Positions 18,591-27,174 of a stretch of 64,000 nucleotides of DNA are shown here, one piece after another. Under the pieces are notes generated by a model that was not told the origin of the DNA, searched no databases, and was given only the letters and a program-made list of their open reading frames with translations. Both the position numbers and the translations under genes were made by a program. This stretch comes from Candidatus Jorgensenbacteria bacterium (lineage in GTDB: Bacteria; Patescibacteriota; Minisyncoccia; UBA6257; GWB1-50-10). How positions within the stretch are numbered: position 1 is the first letter of the stretch; each line of letters opens with the position of its first letter. The stretch spans positions 48,383 through 112,382 of the forward strand of contig JAUSHK010000005.1 in the NCBI GenBank assembly GCA_030648515.1, in the 5' to 3' direction.

Positions 18591-19112
18591 TTAATTAAGT
18601 GCAGTAAGGTATTTATTTCTTACCCACTTCAAATTCGGGAAATAAAACGAAAAAATCCCAAGCGGTGTTATGATGAATAGCTGTTTTAGCTTTTCTTTGA
18701 AATCCCTTTTAAAACTGAATTTCGTCACTATAATTTGTCCATTAAAAAGCTTTTTAGCAGAAAGTTTTACAACGCTCGCGTATGCCTCTCCGCAAAAAAT
18801 AATAATTTCGTTTTCAATTGTAATATTGAACATTTCAATTTTTTCCAAATTTTTCCGTGCGGATTCCAGCTCTTCGGTGATTGCTGAATTGTTTCCCATT
18901 TCTAAAACGGTTCTGCCCATACTAAGCGACTCGTATTTTAGCAATAAACTTTTTAGTTTTTCTTCTTTTGGAACTGACTCTGCGCCTGTTTCAACAATTA
19001 TCATCCTCGTTGCGACATACGTCTTCATTTGCTCGGTAATAAAATCTACGAATCTTAAACGCTTTTCCAGGTTATTAAATCCGTTTCCTATCACAATAAC
19101 AAATTTTGCCAT
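18591..19112 (-). CDS. Hypothetical orphan protein (possible degenerate DUF218-like fold)
   Basis: 173 aa, GAGGAGGTG SD, AT-rich. Confidence 0.6.
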   Translation of the reverse strand: MAKFVIVIGNGFNNLEKRLRFVDFITEQMKTYVATRMIIVETGAESVPKEEKLKSLLLKYESLSMGRTVLEMGNNSAITEELESARKNLEKIEMFNITIENEIIIFCGEAYASVVKLSAKKLFNGQIIVTKFSFKRDFKEKLKQLFIITPLGIFSFYFPNLKWVRNKYLTALN

Positions 19113-19200
19113 TCAACACCTCCTCGGTAATTTTTACCTTATAGTTATATTTAGTTTTTTATTAAGCTAGGTTGGATTTTGCTCTTTTTGTGTTTAAAAG

Positions 19201-20196
19201 TCAAGCCCGCTCAATACCCGAATAGAGGAATGATTTTATGGCTTTTTCAGCCTCGGCGCCGGTTTTTGCTACCATGCACGCCGTGCGAAGCTCTTTTGCG
19301 CCGTCAAAACCGGAGATGTATGCCTTGAGATGCTTTTTCATAACATCAAAGTTTTTCTTCTTGTGAAAAATCTTTTCAAATAGTTTTGCGTGCTCAATTG
19401 CGACTCGGAGTTTTTCTTGGACCGTAGGCGGATTTTTTCTGCGCGCGTAAAAAAACCACGGGTTTCCGAAAATTCCCCTGCCGATCATCACGCCATCTGC
19501 GCCGGTCTCCTTTGCGCGCGCTTTTGCTTCAGTGAGGTTTTTTACGTCCCCATTTCCGATAATGAGCGTGCGGTTAGGCGACGAATCGTATTTATGCGCG
19601 ATTTTTACGGCTTCCTTTATCACACTCCAATCAGCCGGAACATCGGACATCCCTTTTCGCGTACGGGCATGGATGGTAATTGCAGACGGTTCGGCTTCCA
19701 ACAGATACGGAAGCCATTTTTTAATCTCGTTTTTCGCGTCACCTATCCTTGTCTTTACGGACACAGGAATCCGCCGGCCGGCGGATTCCGCGCCTCTTTT
19801 TGTTTCTTTTATAATTTCCCGCGCAAGCTTCGGGTTTTCGATAAGCGCCGCGCCAGCGCCTTGTTTTAGTATTTTCCGGTCCGGACAGCCCATATTGATG
19901 TCTATTCCGTCAAAGCCAAGCTTTTGGAGTATGCGCGCGGACTTATAAAAATGTTCAGGCGTTGCGCCAAAAAGCTGGGCCACAATCGGCCGTTCTTTTT
20001 TTGTATATGACAAATCAAGTTCAAATGCTTTTCTCCCCTTCGAACACAGTCCGTCAGCTGGGACAAATTCCGTCCATAAAATGTCCGGTTTGCCATATTT
20101 TGTGACAATTCTTCGAAACGCGGCGTCGGTCACATCAGACATCGGCGCAAGCGCAAAAAACGGCCTTTTTAGCTTTTTCCAGAAACCTTGGACCAT
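19201..20196 (-). CDS. dusB: tRNA-dihydrouridine synthase
   Basis: LAPM, DINMGCP, SVKTR, HAR, GNGD, GVMIGRG. Confidence 0.9.
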   Translation of the reverse strand: MVQGFWKKLKRPFFALAPMSDVTDAAFRRIVTKYGKPDILWTEFVPADGLCSKGRKAFELDLSYTKKERPIVAQLFGATPEHFYKSARILQKLGFDGIDINMGCPDRKILKQGAGAALIENPKLAREIIKETKRGAESAGRRIPVSVKTRIGDAKNEIKKWLPYLLEAEPSAITIHARTRKGMSDVPADWSVIKEAVKIAHKYDSSPNRTLIIGNGDVKNLTEAKARAKETGADGVMIGRGIFGNPWFFYARRKNPPTVQEKLRVAIEHAKLFEKIFHKKKNFDVMKKHLKAYISGFDGAKELRTACMVAKTGAEAEKAIKSFLYSGIERA

Positions 20197-20227
20197 TGTG
20201 TTATGGTAATCCAGTTAGCCAACAATC

Positions 20228-20254
20228 AAAAGCCCCGTCGGAGAGGCGGGACTT
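20228..20254 (-). terminator. Intrinsic terminator
   Basis: AAGTCCCGCC/GACGGGGCTT stem plus Ts on minus strand. Confidence 0.65.
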
Positions 20255-20278
20255 AGTGCGTCTAGTAAATTTTTACTA

Positions 20279-20596
20279 TTACGATGTAACCTTGTTAAGA
20301 AAATCAATGCTTGATTGCTTAAAGTCGGAAATTTCTTTTGCAACCATACCGTCAAAGTTCGGGATCTTTGACCGAAGAAACGTTATAATTGCTTCTGGAT
20401 TTTCCGTTTCCTTGCCAAGAATGGCGTCAAATGCGTCTTTATCTTCATCAGAAAGACTATCAAGGGCTTTTACAATAATCCGCTGATTGATAATTTCACC
20501 TATTTTTAAGAGCGTATCAGCCTGCTGATCCGCTGGTAGGGCATCTAACCCGAGTTCTTTTATTATGTTTTTAGACAGCGCGTCTTGTTGTGTCAT
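20279..20596 (-). CDS. DUF5663-like small acidic helical protein
   Basis: ELGLDALP...FL..KIPNFD pattern typical of CPR. Confidence 0.7.
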   Translation of the reverse strand: MTQQDALSKNIIKELGLDALPADQQADTLLKIGEIINQRIIVKALDSLSDEDKDAFDAILGKETENPEAIITFLRSKIPNFDGMVAKEISDFKQSSIDFLNKVTS

Positions 20597-20615
20597 GTAT
20601 CTATTATATCATTAT

Positions 20616-23600
20616 CTACTGCTTGAGTTGTGCGACCTTTTTAAAGAACTCATCGATCGTCATTTGTTGAGCTTTTATACCAGAGGGAAGGTGCTTATCA
20701 ACATTTTTAATATTTTCTTTTATAAGATGCGCTATTTTTACGAATTTCGGATCAATCCCCTTACTTTCATACATTTTTACGACATCACTGACTTTTATTG
20801 TCGGCGCCATCGCGTCATATTGGTATCTCACTAGGCCCGTCTTCTTAATCATCTTTTCGTAAATCTCAGTTGCGTGCCAGTGGGCGGCCTTAAGCGCCTC
20901 AATTTTCCGCTCCAACACATCAACAATCTTTATTCTGTCCGGTGTGGGATTCCACCCATTTTGTTTCATGTGTTTAAGATATTCACGAAACCTTGAAATG
21001 TCGTCGCTAAACACTTCATAACCAGACAATACCCTTTCTTGAGCCGCGAGCGAGCTTGTTTTAAAAGAATGTTCCGATTGGCGACTTAATGTTCCAATAG
21101 CTTTTTTGAAAATTTTTTCGTGGTCGTAAATCCACTCCTCCGATGGCAACGGCGGTTTTCCAATTACATAATCTGGGGCATTTGGATGAATTATTGCCTT
21201 TGGTATGCTGGGATTTTCTTTTAGCGATTCCATGAATTTTTCAACATTGCCATGCAGGCCTTGTTCAGGTATTGGCTCATCGCTTTCCATACCACCACTA
21301 ACATTGCGGACAGGTTCTGGCGGTGTCTCAATTTTTTGTTTCCATTCGTATGTTTTTGATTTAACATCCTCAATTCCAAGCTTCACCTTGTATTCATTAA
21401 GGTACACCTTCGCCCCAGGATGAGTCCTTACTTGTACAGTTCCGTCGGGCGACATGTATTTTTGGCTAATCAGTTCTTTCGTGGTGAATTTATCTATTAT
21501 TGCATCCACTTTTGCCTTATTACTAAGCTCTTCAGGACTTAAACCATATTTTTTGAAATCTCCATGCTCAATTTGATCTCTGATTTGCCGCGCTATAGCT
21601 TTCCATGGGCTGTTTTGTCCCTTACCAATGGTCGCAAGCTCTTCAATTCGACTCCTTTCTGCTGATGGGTCGCTTTCTGGCGCCACTTCCTTGCCTGTTG
21701 TTTCTTCAGGTTTTATTTGTGCCTTAGGGGCTTGATCATTGACTGGGCTTTCAGGATTTTGGCTCTTTAATCCAATTTGTTGATCCGTTTTATCAGTGGT
21801 GCTAATGTCCGGTTCTTTTTCTGTTCCGACAGACACCGGTTCACTTTGAGTGGGTTGGTCCTGATCAATAATTTTTGGCCTTACCACAGCTTCGCCATCT
21901 ATTTCAGTACCTGGCTTTGCGCCACCAACATTCTCACTGACAGCGCCACTCCCTTCCCCAGCCGCAGGAACCTCCTTTTCTATGCTATGAAAAGAAACTC
22001 CTGAGCTGTCCATACCAAGCGCATTTTCAAGCATTCCGGAACCTAAGAATGACGCGCCTCCACCGATGGCCACGGAAGCTAAAAGCTTTCCGATATTTAG
22101 CCATCTTTGCTTCCATTTTGCGGTAGATGTTATCTTTTCAATTTTATCGTGTAATTCATACATTTCTTCAATAAAGTCTGGAATCTCAGAAGATGGGCCG
22201 GATTTCTCGTTTTCAAATTCTAATGAACTTTCCTCATCAAGGTCTTCTTCGTTTTTTTCTTGGTTAGAGGTTATTTCATAAAGCTTTGCGATTTTTTCTT
22301 CTTTTCCTCTTTCTATTGATTCCACCCATTTTTTGACGCCCAATTTATCAAATCCCTTAGAAACCATCGGGATGAGTGAACCGCCGATAACGGAGCGAAT
22401 AAGCCTGATCTTGAAAACCGTTCCGACGCCCGCAGTAATTGCCCATGAAGCGCCGAAAAAGCCAGCTATTGCGCTTGCGCTTACCATAACCCCCGTACCG
22501 ATACCGGCAGCAATAATCCACTTTATTGGCGGTTTTAATTTACTATATCTTTCAAATGCTTTTCCTAGTATGCCCCTATCTTTTGAAGATTCACTTTCCA
22601 GCTTTTTAAGCATTACTTCCTCATCAACGAACCTTTGAGAAATTTCCGCTCTCACATATTTTTCCTCGCTGCCCTTGCTAATTTCTTCACGGTAAAGTTT
22701 TCTTGCTGCATTTACTTGTCCGAATTCGTATTCTGTTTTTGCAACATTCATCGCCTCTTTAAGTTTTTCCCCTTCATTTGTTTTTTTGTCTTTTCGCGGC
22801 AGATTATTCCATTCTTTGTAAAGTTTTAGATACGTGTTTCGCTTTTCGGTGATTTGGTCTAACTCAATTTTTTCTTCCGGCGCCATTTTTTCTACTGACG
22901 TTTCTTCTTTTTTCGGCTCGGATGTCGTAGAAACTCCTGCCTTAGACTGTTCTAATTCTGATTTTTCTTTTTCCCATTCCCTCATCGAGCTAAATGGAAG
23001 ATTTTCTTCTTCTCCGGGTGTTACTGGTTGAGATTCTGGTATATTTTCAATTTGTTTTTTTAAAAACGTCGGGATATCTAACTCTGGAAGATCTCCAGTA
23101 AAATAATCTCCGGCTTGTTTTGTTTCTTGTAATCCGGTTCCAGTAACGTCTTGTAAAACTTCTTGTCCTGTCCCTTCTGGTTTAATTTCCGGCGAAACGC
23201 TTTCGCTTTTTTCTGATTGCCCAACAACACTATTTTTCAATTCGGTTCTTACTGGATTATCTCCATGAAAAGGCGTTCTTTCGTTATCCGCATAATTAGC
23301 CACTCTTGCGATGAGGCCACGTTCAATTACCATTTTGGTTCCCCAGTCAATTTTCGCCGGCTTTAGAATTTCATAGAGTCCCTCTCCCTCTCCTTGTCGC
23401 GGTTTCTCCGTTATAAACTGAAATGCCATTTCCAGTACAATATCAAGAGCCATGTCTGGTTTTCGATTCAATATTGAAGGTTTAACAAATAAACCATTCC
23501 CCTGAATATAGAAGTAGTCGGCGTTTTCCTCGGGAACCAGTTTACCCTTCTCTATTTTAACGCCAATCCTTCCGGTTTCGGGTGAGCTATTTTTTTCTTC

Positions 23601-23759
23601 GCTAATAAAAGGCGCCTCCTCAGAGGTTCGCGGAACTTTTAGCTCAACCTTACTCATCGCATTATTAATAGCTTTGGCTTCCGGCGACGGCTCGCCTTTT
23701 ACCAAAACCTTTTTCCATTGAGGGCCCCCTTCGTGAGACAATAGATTTATATGGAGCAT
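20616..23759 (-). CDS. Large hypothetical membrane protein (1047 aa)
   Basis: Charged E/K-rich regions around central Gly/Ala-rich hydrophobic segments. Confidence 0.75.
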   Translation of the reverse strand: MLHINLLSHEGGPQWKKVLVKGEPSPEAKAINNAMSKVELKVPRTSEEAPFISEEKNSSPETGRIGVKIEKGKLVPEENADYFYIQGNGLFVKPSILNRKPDMALDIVLEMAFQFITEKPRQGEGEGLYEILKPAKIDWGTKMVIERGLIARVANYADNERTPFHGDNPVRTELKNSVVGQSEKSESVSPEIKPEGTGQEVLQDVTGTGLQETKQAGDYFTGDLPELDIPTFLKKQIENIPESQPVTPGEEENLPFSSMREWEKEKSELEQSKAGVSTTSEPKKEETSVEKMAPEEKIELDQITEKRNTYLKLYKEWNNLPRKDKKTNEGEKLKEAMNVAKTEYEFGQVNAARKLYREEISKGSEEKYVRAEISQRFVDEEVMLKKLESESSKDRGILGKAFERYSKLKPPIKWIIAAGIGTGVMVSASAIAGFFGASWAITAGVGTVFKIRLIRSVIGGSLIPMVSKGFDKLGVKKWVESIERGKEEKIAKLYEITSNQEKNEEDLDEESSLEFENEKSGPSSEIPDFIEEMYELHDKIEKITSTAKWKQRWLNIGKLLASVAIGGGASFLGSGMLENALGMDSSGVSFHSIEKEVPAAGEGSGAVSENVGGAKPGTEIDGEAVVRPKIIDQDQPTQSEPVSVGTEKEPDISTTDKTDQQIGLKSQNPESPVNDQAPKAQIKPEETTGKEVAPESDPSAERSRIEELATIGKGQNSPWKAIARQIRDQIEHGDFKKYGLSPEELSNKAKVDAIIDKFTTKELISQKYMSPDGTVQVRTHPGAKVYLNEYKVKLGIEDVKSKTYEWKQKIETPPEPVRNVSGGMESDEPIPEQGLHGNVEKFMESLKENPSIPKAIIHPNAPDYVIGKPPLPSEEWIYDHEKIFKKAIGTLSRQSEHSFKTSSLAAQERVLSGYEVFSDDISRFREYLKHMKQNGWNPTPDRIKIVDVLERKIEALKAAHWHATEIYEKMIKKTGLVRYQYDAMAPTIKVSDVVKMYESKGIDPKFVKIAHLIKENIKNVDKHLPSGIKAQQMTIDEFFKKVAQLKQ

Positions 23760-23836
23760 TTCTTAATGTAAAATATAATAAGCCACCTTTTTGATTATTG
23801 TAGCAAACTACGTTAGTAAGCTCTGTGCATATCTTT

Positions 23837-23902
23837 GAGCGTGATACCAGAATCGGACTGGCGCCACTGCCTACCAGCAGGCAGGTCGACCTTGGTCACG
23901 CC
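23837..23902 (-). pseudogene. Decayed tRNA-Gly-like remnant with palindromic insertion
   Basis: GCGTGA/TCACGC acceptor, CCAAGGTCGA half anticodon arm, GCCAG-TCCGATT-CTGGT T arm; D arm missing; CCTGCCTGCTGGTAGGCAG insert. Confidence 0.65.
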
Positions 23903-23915
23903 AAATTTTTTTACT

Positions 23916-23989
23916 TGGAGCGGGTAACGGGAGTCGGACCCGTGTCTCAACCTTGGGAAGGTTGCATAATACCGTTATACAATACCCGC
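23916..23989 (-). tRNA. tRNA-Gly(CCC), CCA encoded
   Basis: GCGGGTA/TACCCGC acceptor, CAACC-TTCCCAA-GGTTG arm, ends TCCA. Confidence 0.92.
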
Positions 23990-24028
23990 ATTCGTTAAAG
24001 CTTCGGCTGGCAAGCCCGCCTATTTCAT

Positions 24029-24340
24029 TTATTGCGTACTCGTGGCTTTTGAACTTGCGGTCGTTGTCGCGGTTTTTGTTTCAGGGACAACAATAATTAG
24101 TTTCTCGCCGGAATTTACCAGGTTCTGCTGTTTTTTTACTTCTTTCAGGCGATTTTCCGGATTGTTGAAATACTCAATATCCGAGGCTGTCGTGTCCTTT
24201 TTGTGCTGAAGCTTTTCGAATTTCGCCCGAAGATCGGCAACTTCCGCATCAAGCGCTTTACGCTGACCGTGGAGATTATAAATGCCGAACCCGAGAAGGG
24301 CAATAACCGCGAGTAATGCGACGGAGCGCCACGAAATCAT
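24029..24340 (-). CDS. Septum formation initiator (FtsB/DivIC-like)
   Basis: TM + coiled coil + NLVNSGEKLI motif. Confidence 0.7.
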   Translation of the reverse strand: MISWRSVALLAVIALLGFGIYNLHGQRKALDAEVADLRAKFEKLQHKKDTTASDIEYFNNPENRLKEVKKQQNLVNSGEKLIIVVPETKTATTTASSKATSTQ

Positions 24341-24353
24341 AGTTCAATAAATA

Positions 24354-24605
24354 TTATGCAACCTGGTGGTGTGTATAAAACCGTTCCGCAAATGTTTTTC
24401 CAAACACAATGAGCCACGCGGTAAGCGCGATATGGAGAAACATGAGAATGTACCGCGCGTTGTAGAGCGAGCTTGCAATATCAATGCTATATGAAACGGC
24501 GGCGTACACAAAAACGAGCTCAATGATGCACTGAATTAGCACGAACGTGAGCGCCGTTAAAAAAATCGCCCAGTAATGATGTTTTTCCATGACGCGCTTT
24601 GCCAC
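24354..24605 (-). CDS. Small membrane protein
   Basis: Two hydrophobic segments; start uncertain. Confidence 0.55.
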   Translation of the reverse strand: MAKRVMEKHHYWAIFLTALTFVLIQCIIELVFVYAAVSYSIDIASSLYNARYILMFLHIALTAWLIVFGKTFAERFYTHHQVA

Positions 24606-24617
24606 GCGTTCAGTATA

Positions 24618-26438
24618 TCATTTTTTCAGGAGTTCTTTGAATGTCTCTGGCGCGATATGAACCTCGGCGCGGGCGTTTAGGCGTTTTTTCCCGCGCTGCT
24701 GCTTTTTCCACAGCTTCATTTTGCGCGTGCGGTCTCCGCCATAGAGATAATCAGTGACGTCTTTTCGTAATGCGGCTATATCATCGCGCGCGATAATCCT
24801 TCCGTCCGCCTGTGCCTGTATCGGCTGGTTGAACTGCTGGCGCGGAAGAAGTTTTTTGAGCTTTGCGACCATTGCGCGCGCCTCGCGCTCAACTGAATCG
24901 CGCGGAAAAAATCTGCTCAGCCCAGGAAGTATCTCGTGCGAGACCAAAATATCAGTGCGCACCACATCCGCTTTTTCATAGCCCACAAGCTCGTAGCTGA
25001 ACGATGCAAGGCCGTGCGTTGCCGATTTCAATTGGTCGTCAAAATCGCTTACGAGCTCGGCGAGCGGCATTTTTGTGGAAAACTGCAGACGGTCGCCGAT
25101 TGTTTCCGTCGTGACGCCTGACATTCTAAATGTTTTTTGAAGCGCCATAATATCCGAGAGATTTTCCTGCGGCAAAATAATGTCTATCGCGATAATCGGC
25201 TCTAAAATTTCCTCATATTCGGCCGGCAGGTCTTCGGGTTTTACAATCTCTTTCCATCCTGACGGTGTTTTAATTTTGTAGAGCACCGACGGAAACGTGT
25301 TTACCGTTTCCACGTGAAACTCGCGGCGCAAACGCTCCGATGTAATTTCAAAATGAAGGCGCCCTAAAAATCCCACCTTAAATCCCCTGCCGAGAACTTC
25401 GTTTTGATCCGGCTCAATTAATAGCGCGGAATCGTTTAAGTGAAGCTTCTCAAGCCCGTGCTCTAAAAGCTCGTACTCGTCGCTTTCGCTAGGATAGAAC
25501 GAGACGAAAACAACTGGGCTCGGCTCTTTGTATCCGGGCAATGGCTTTACTAATGAAACTTGCTTTTGGTTTCCCGCGCCGACTTGTACTAACGTGTCGC
25601 CGATTTTAATTTTTTCAGGATCGCGCACGCCTGTCGCAACATAGCCGAACTCGCCCGTTCCGATTACCGCGCCTTTCGCAAGCAACCGAAGTTCTGGAGC
25701 AAAATAACCAATCTCTTTTATTTTTGAGCGCGTTTGCGTCGCAATCAAAAAAATATCATCTTCCGAGTTTATTACACCGTCAAAAACGCGAACTGAGGCA
25801 ACAACGCCTTTGTGGTCATCATAGAACGAGTCAAAAACTAGCGCGCGCGCGTGAGAAACATCGCTAGCCTCTGTCTGTCGCGGAGGCGGAACAAGCTCTA
25901 TTACTTTTTTAAGCAATTCTTCCGCGCCCTTGCCGGTTTTCCCCGACACAAAAAGAATTTCTTCTTGTTTCACGCTAATAAGCTTCGCGAGCCCGTCCAC
26001 AACAGAGCGCAGGCGCGGATCATTTTTATCTTCAAATAAATCAACTTTGTTAACTGCGCCGATTACCGTAAGTCCAGCGGCTTTTGCCAAACGAAAATTT
26101 GCGAGCGTTTGCGCTTGAATTCCCTGTGTGGCATCAACTAAAAGAATTGCGCCTTCAACAGCGTGCAGTGAACGCGAAACTTCATATGAGAAATCGGAAT
26201 GGCCTGGCGTGTCTATAAGGTTCAAAAGATACTCCGTGCCGCCAATTGCATAGCGCATTCGAACCGGCGCCATCTTAATAGTGATGCCGCGCTCGCGTTC
26301 CAAGTCAAGCTGGTCCAAAAATTGCGCTTTCATTTTGCGTTTATCAACCGTGCCGGTTATTTCAAGAAACCGGTCGGCAAGCGTGCTTTTGCCGTGGTCA
26401 ATGTGCGCGATGATTACGAAGTTGCGTATATTCTGCAT
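24618..26438 (-). CDS. lepA: Elongation factor 4
   Basis: AHIDHGKST, DTPGH, GFLGRLH, LYGGDRTRK.KL. Confidence 0.97.
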   Translation of the reverse strand: MQNIRNFVIIAHIDHGKSTLADRFLEITGTVDKRKMKAQFLDQLDLERERGITIKMAPVRMRYAIGGTEYLLNLIDTPGHSDFSYEVSRSLHAVEGAILLVDATQGIQAQTLANFRLAKAAGLTVIGAVNKVDLFEDKNDPRLRSVVDGLAKLISVKQEEILFVSGKTGKGAEELLKKVIELVPPPRQTEASDVSHARALVFDSFYDDHKGVVASVRVFDGVINSEDDIFLIATQTRSKIKEIGYFAPELRLLAKGAVIGTGEFGYVATGVRDPEKIKIGDTLVQVGAGNQKQVSLVKPLPGYKEPSPVVFVSFYPSESDEYELLEHGLEKLHLNDSALLIEPDQNEVLGRGFKVGFLGRLHFEITSERLRREFHVETVNTFPSVLYKIKTPSGWKEIVKPEDLPAEYEEILEPIIAIDIILPQENLSDIMALQKTFRMSGVTTETIGDRLQFSTKMPLAELVSDFDDQLKSATHGLASFSYELVGYEKADVVRTDILVSHEILPGLSRFFPRDSVEREARAMVAKLKKLLPRQQFNQPIQAQADGRIIARDDIAALRKDVTDYLYGGDRTRKMKLWKKQQRGKKRLNARAEVHIAPETFKELLKK

Positions 26439-26443
26439 AAATG

Positions 26444-26478
26444 TTCAGTATCAGGTATTTAGTATTAAGTATCAAGTA
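26444..26478. repeat. Degenerate 7-mer tandem repeat (5 units)
   Basis: ttcagta tcaggta tttagta ttaagta tcaagta, upstream of lepA start. Confidence 0.75.
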
Positions 26479-26533
26479 TAAATACAAAAAGAAAAGCGCC
26501 GTACCTTTCGGTAGAGCGCTTTGATCTTAATTA

Positions 26534-27040
26534 TTAATATCCTTTCTCAATCATCCGAGTGTCTGCCTCCAGCGCCTCTTTCTCCTCTTGGGTTACAACT
26601 TCCGGGATTTCCATTTTTTTAACCTCTTCGAGGATGAGATTGAGTTCCTCATTTCGCTGAGTTAATCCCGCCTTGAAGGTTTCTGTGAGTCTTATCATGA
26701 CTTTGACTCGGTCGCACATTTTTTGAATCCGATCAGATTGATCTTTGGACGTCTGTTCAGAAACATTCTCCTTTGTAACTCTTTTTTCGGCGACTTCGGC
26801 CTCCGCGATTTCTTTTTGCTTGAGAAGATTGGCACTTATTTTTGTAACTTCTTTTTTCCATTCCTCACTTTCGTAGTCCTTAAAATACTCCTCGAGTGCC
26901 TCAATTATTTCACTTTGACCTTTAGGAATCTTTGTATCACTGATGAGCGACATCAAAAACTCCATATCTGTAATGGATAAGCCGGCTTTAATCTTACTCA
27001 AAGCCACTTCGTGAAAAGGACGATATTGTTTCTTAGACAT
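26534..27040 (-). CDS. Hypothetical orphan coiled-coil protein
   Basis: 168 aa, GGGAGG SD, promoter TTGACA-17-TATTGT at 27099-27127, terminator 26493-26522. Confidence 0.65.
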   Translation of the reverse strand: MSKKQYRPFHEVALSKIKAGLSITDMEFLMSLISDTKIPKGQSEIIEALEEYFKDYESEEWKKEVTKISANLLKQKEIAEAEVAEKRVTKENVSEQTSKDQSDRIQKMCDRVKVMIRLTETFKAGLTQRNEELNLILEEVKKMEIPEVVTQEEKEALEADTRMIEKGY

Positions 27041-27174
27041 TTACGTTCCTCCCTTTAATTAAGTAGGTATTAAATTTTGATTATTAATTACTAGTTTAAC
27101 AATAACAAAACCTGCTGTTTTTGTCAAATCCCCTTTAGAAGCGCCCTACTACAAAATAGCAAAGCAACAGTAGC

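Noticed and set aside
18670-19170. Long antisense ORFs (also 50800..51411, 34044..34562, 60183..60674 and similar)
   Set aside because: Shadow frames of well-supported opposite-strand genes, with no recognisable motifs
16850-19200. Integron with attC sites
   Set aside because: Hairpins lack RYYYAAC/GTTRRRY ends, genes carry their own promoters, and no integrase is present
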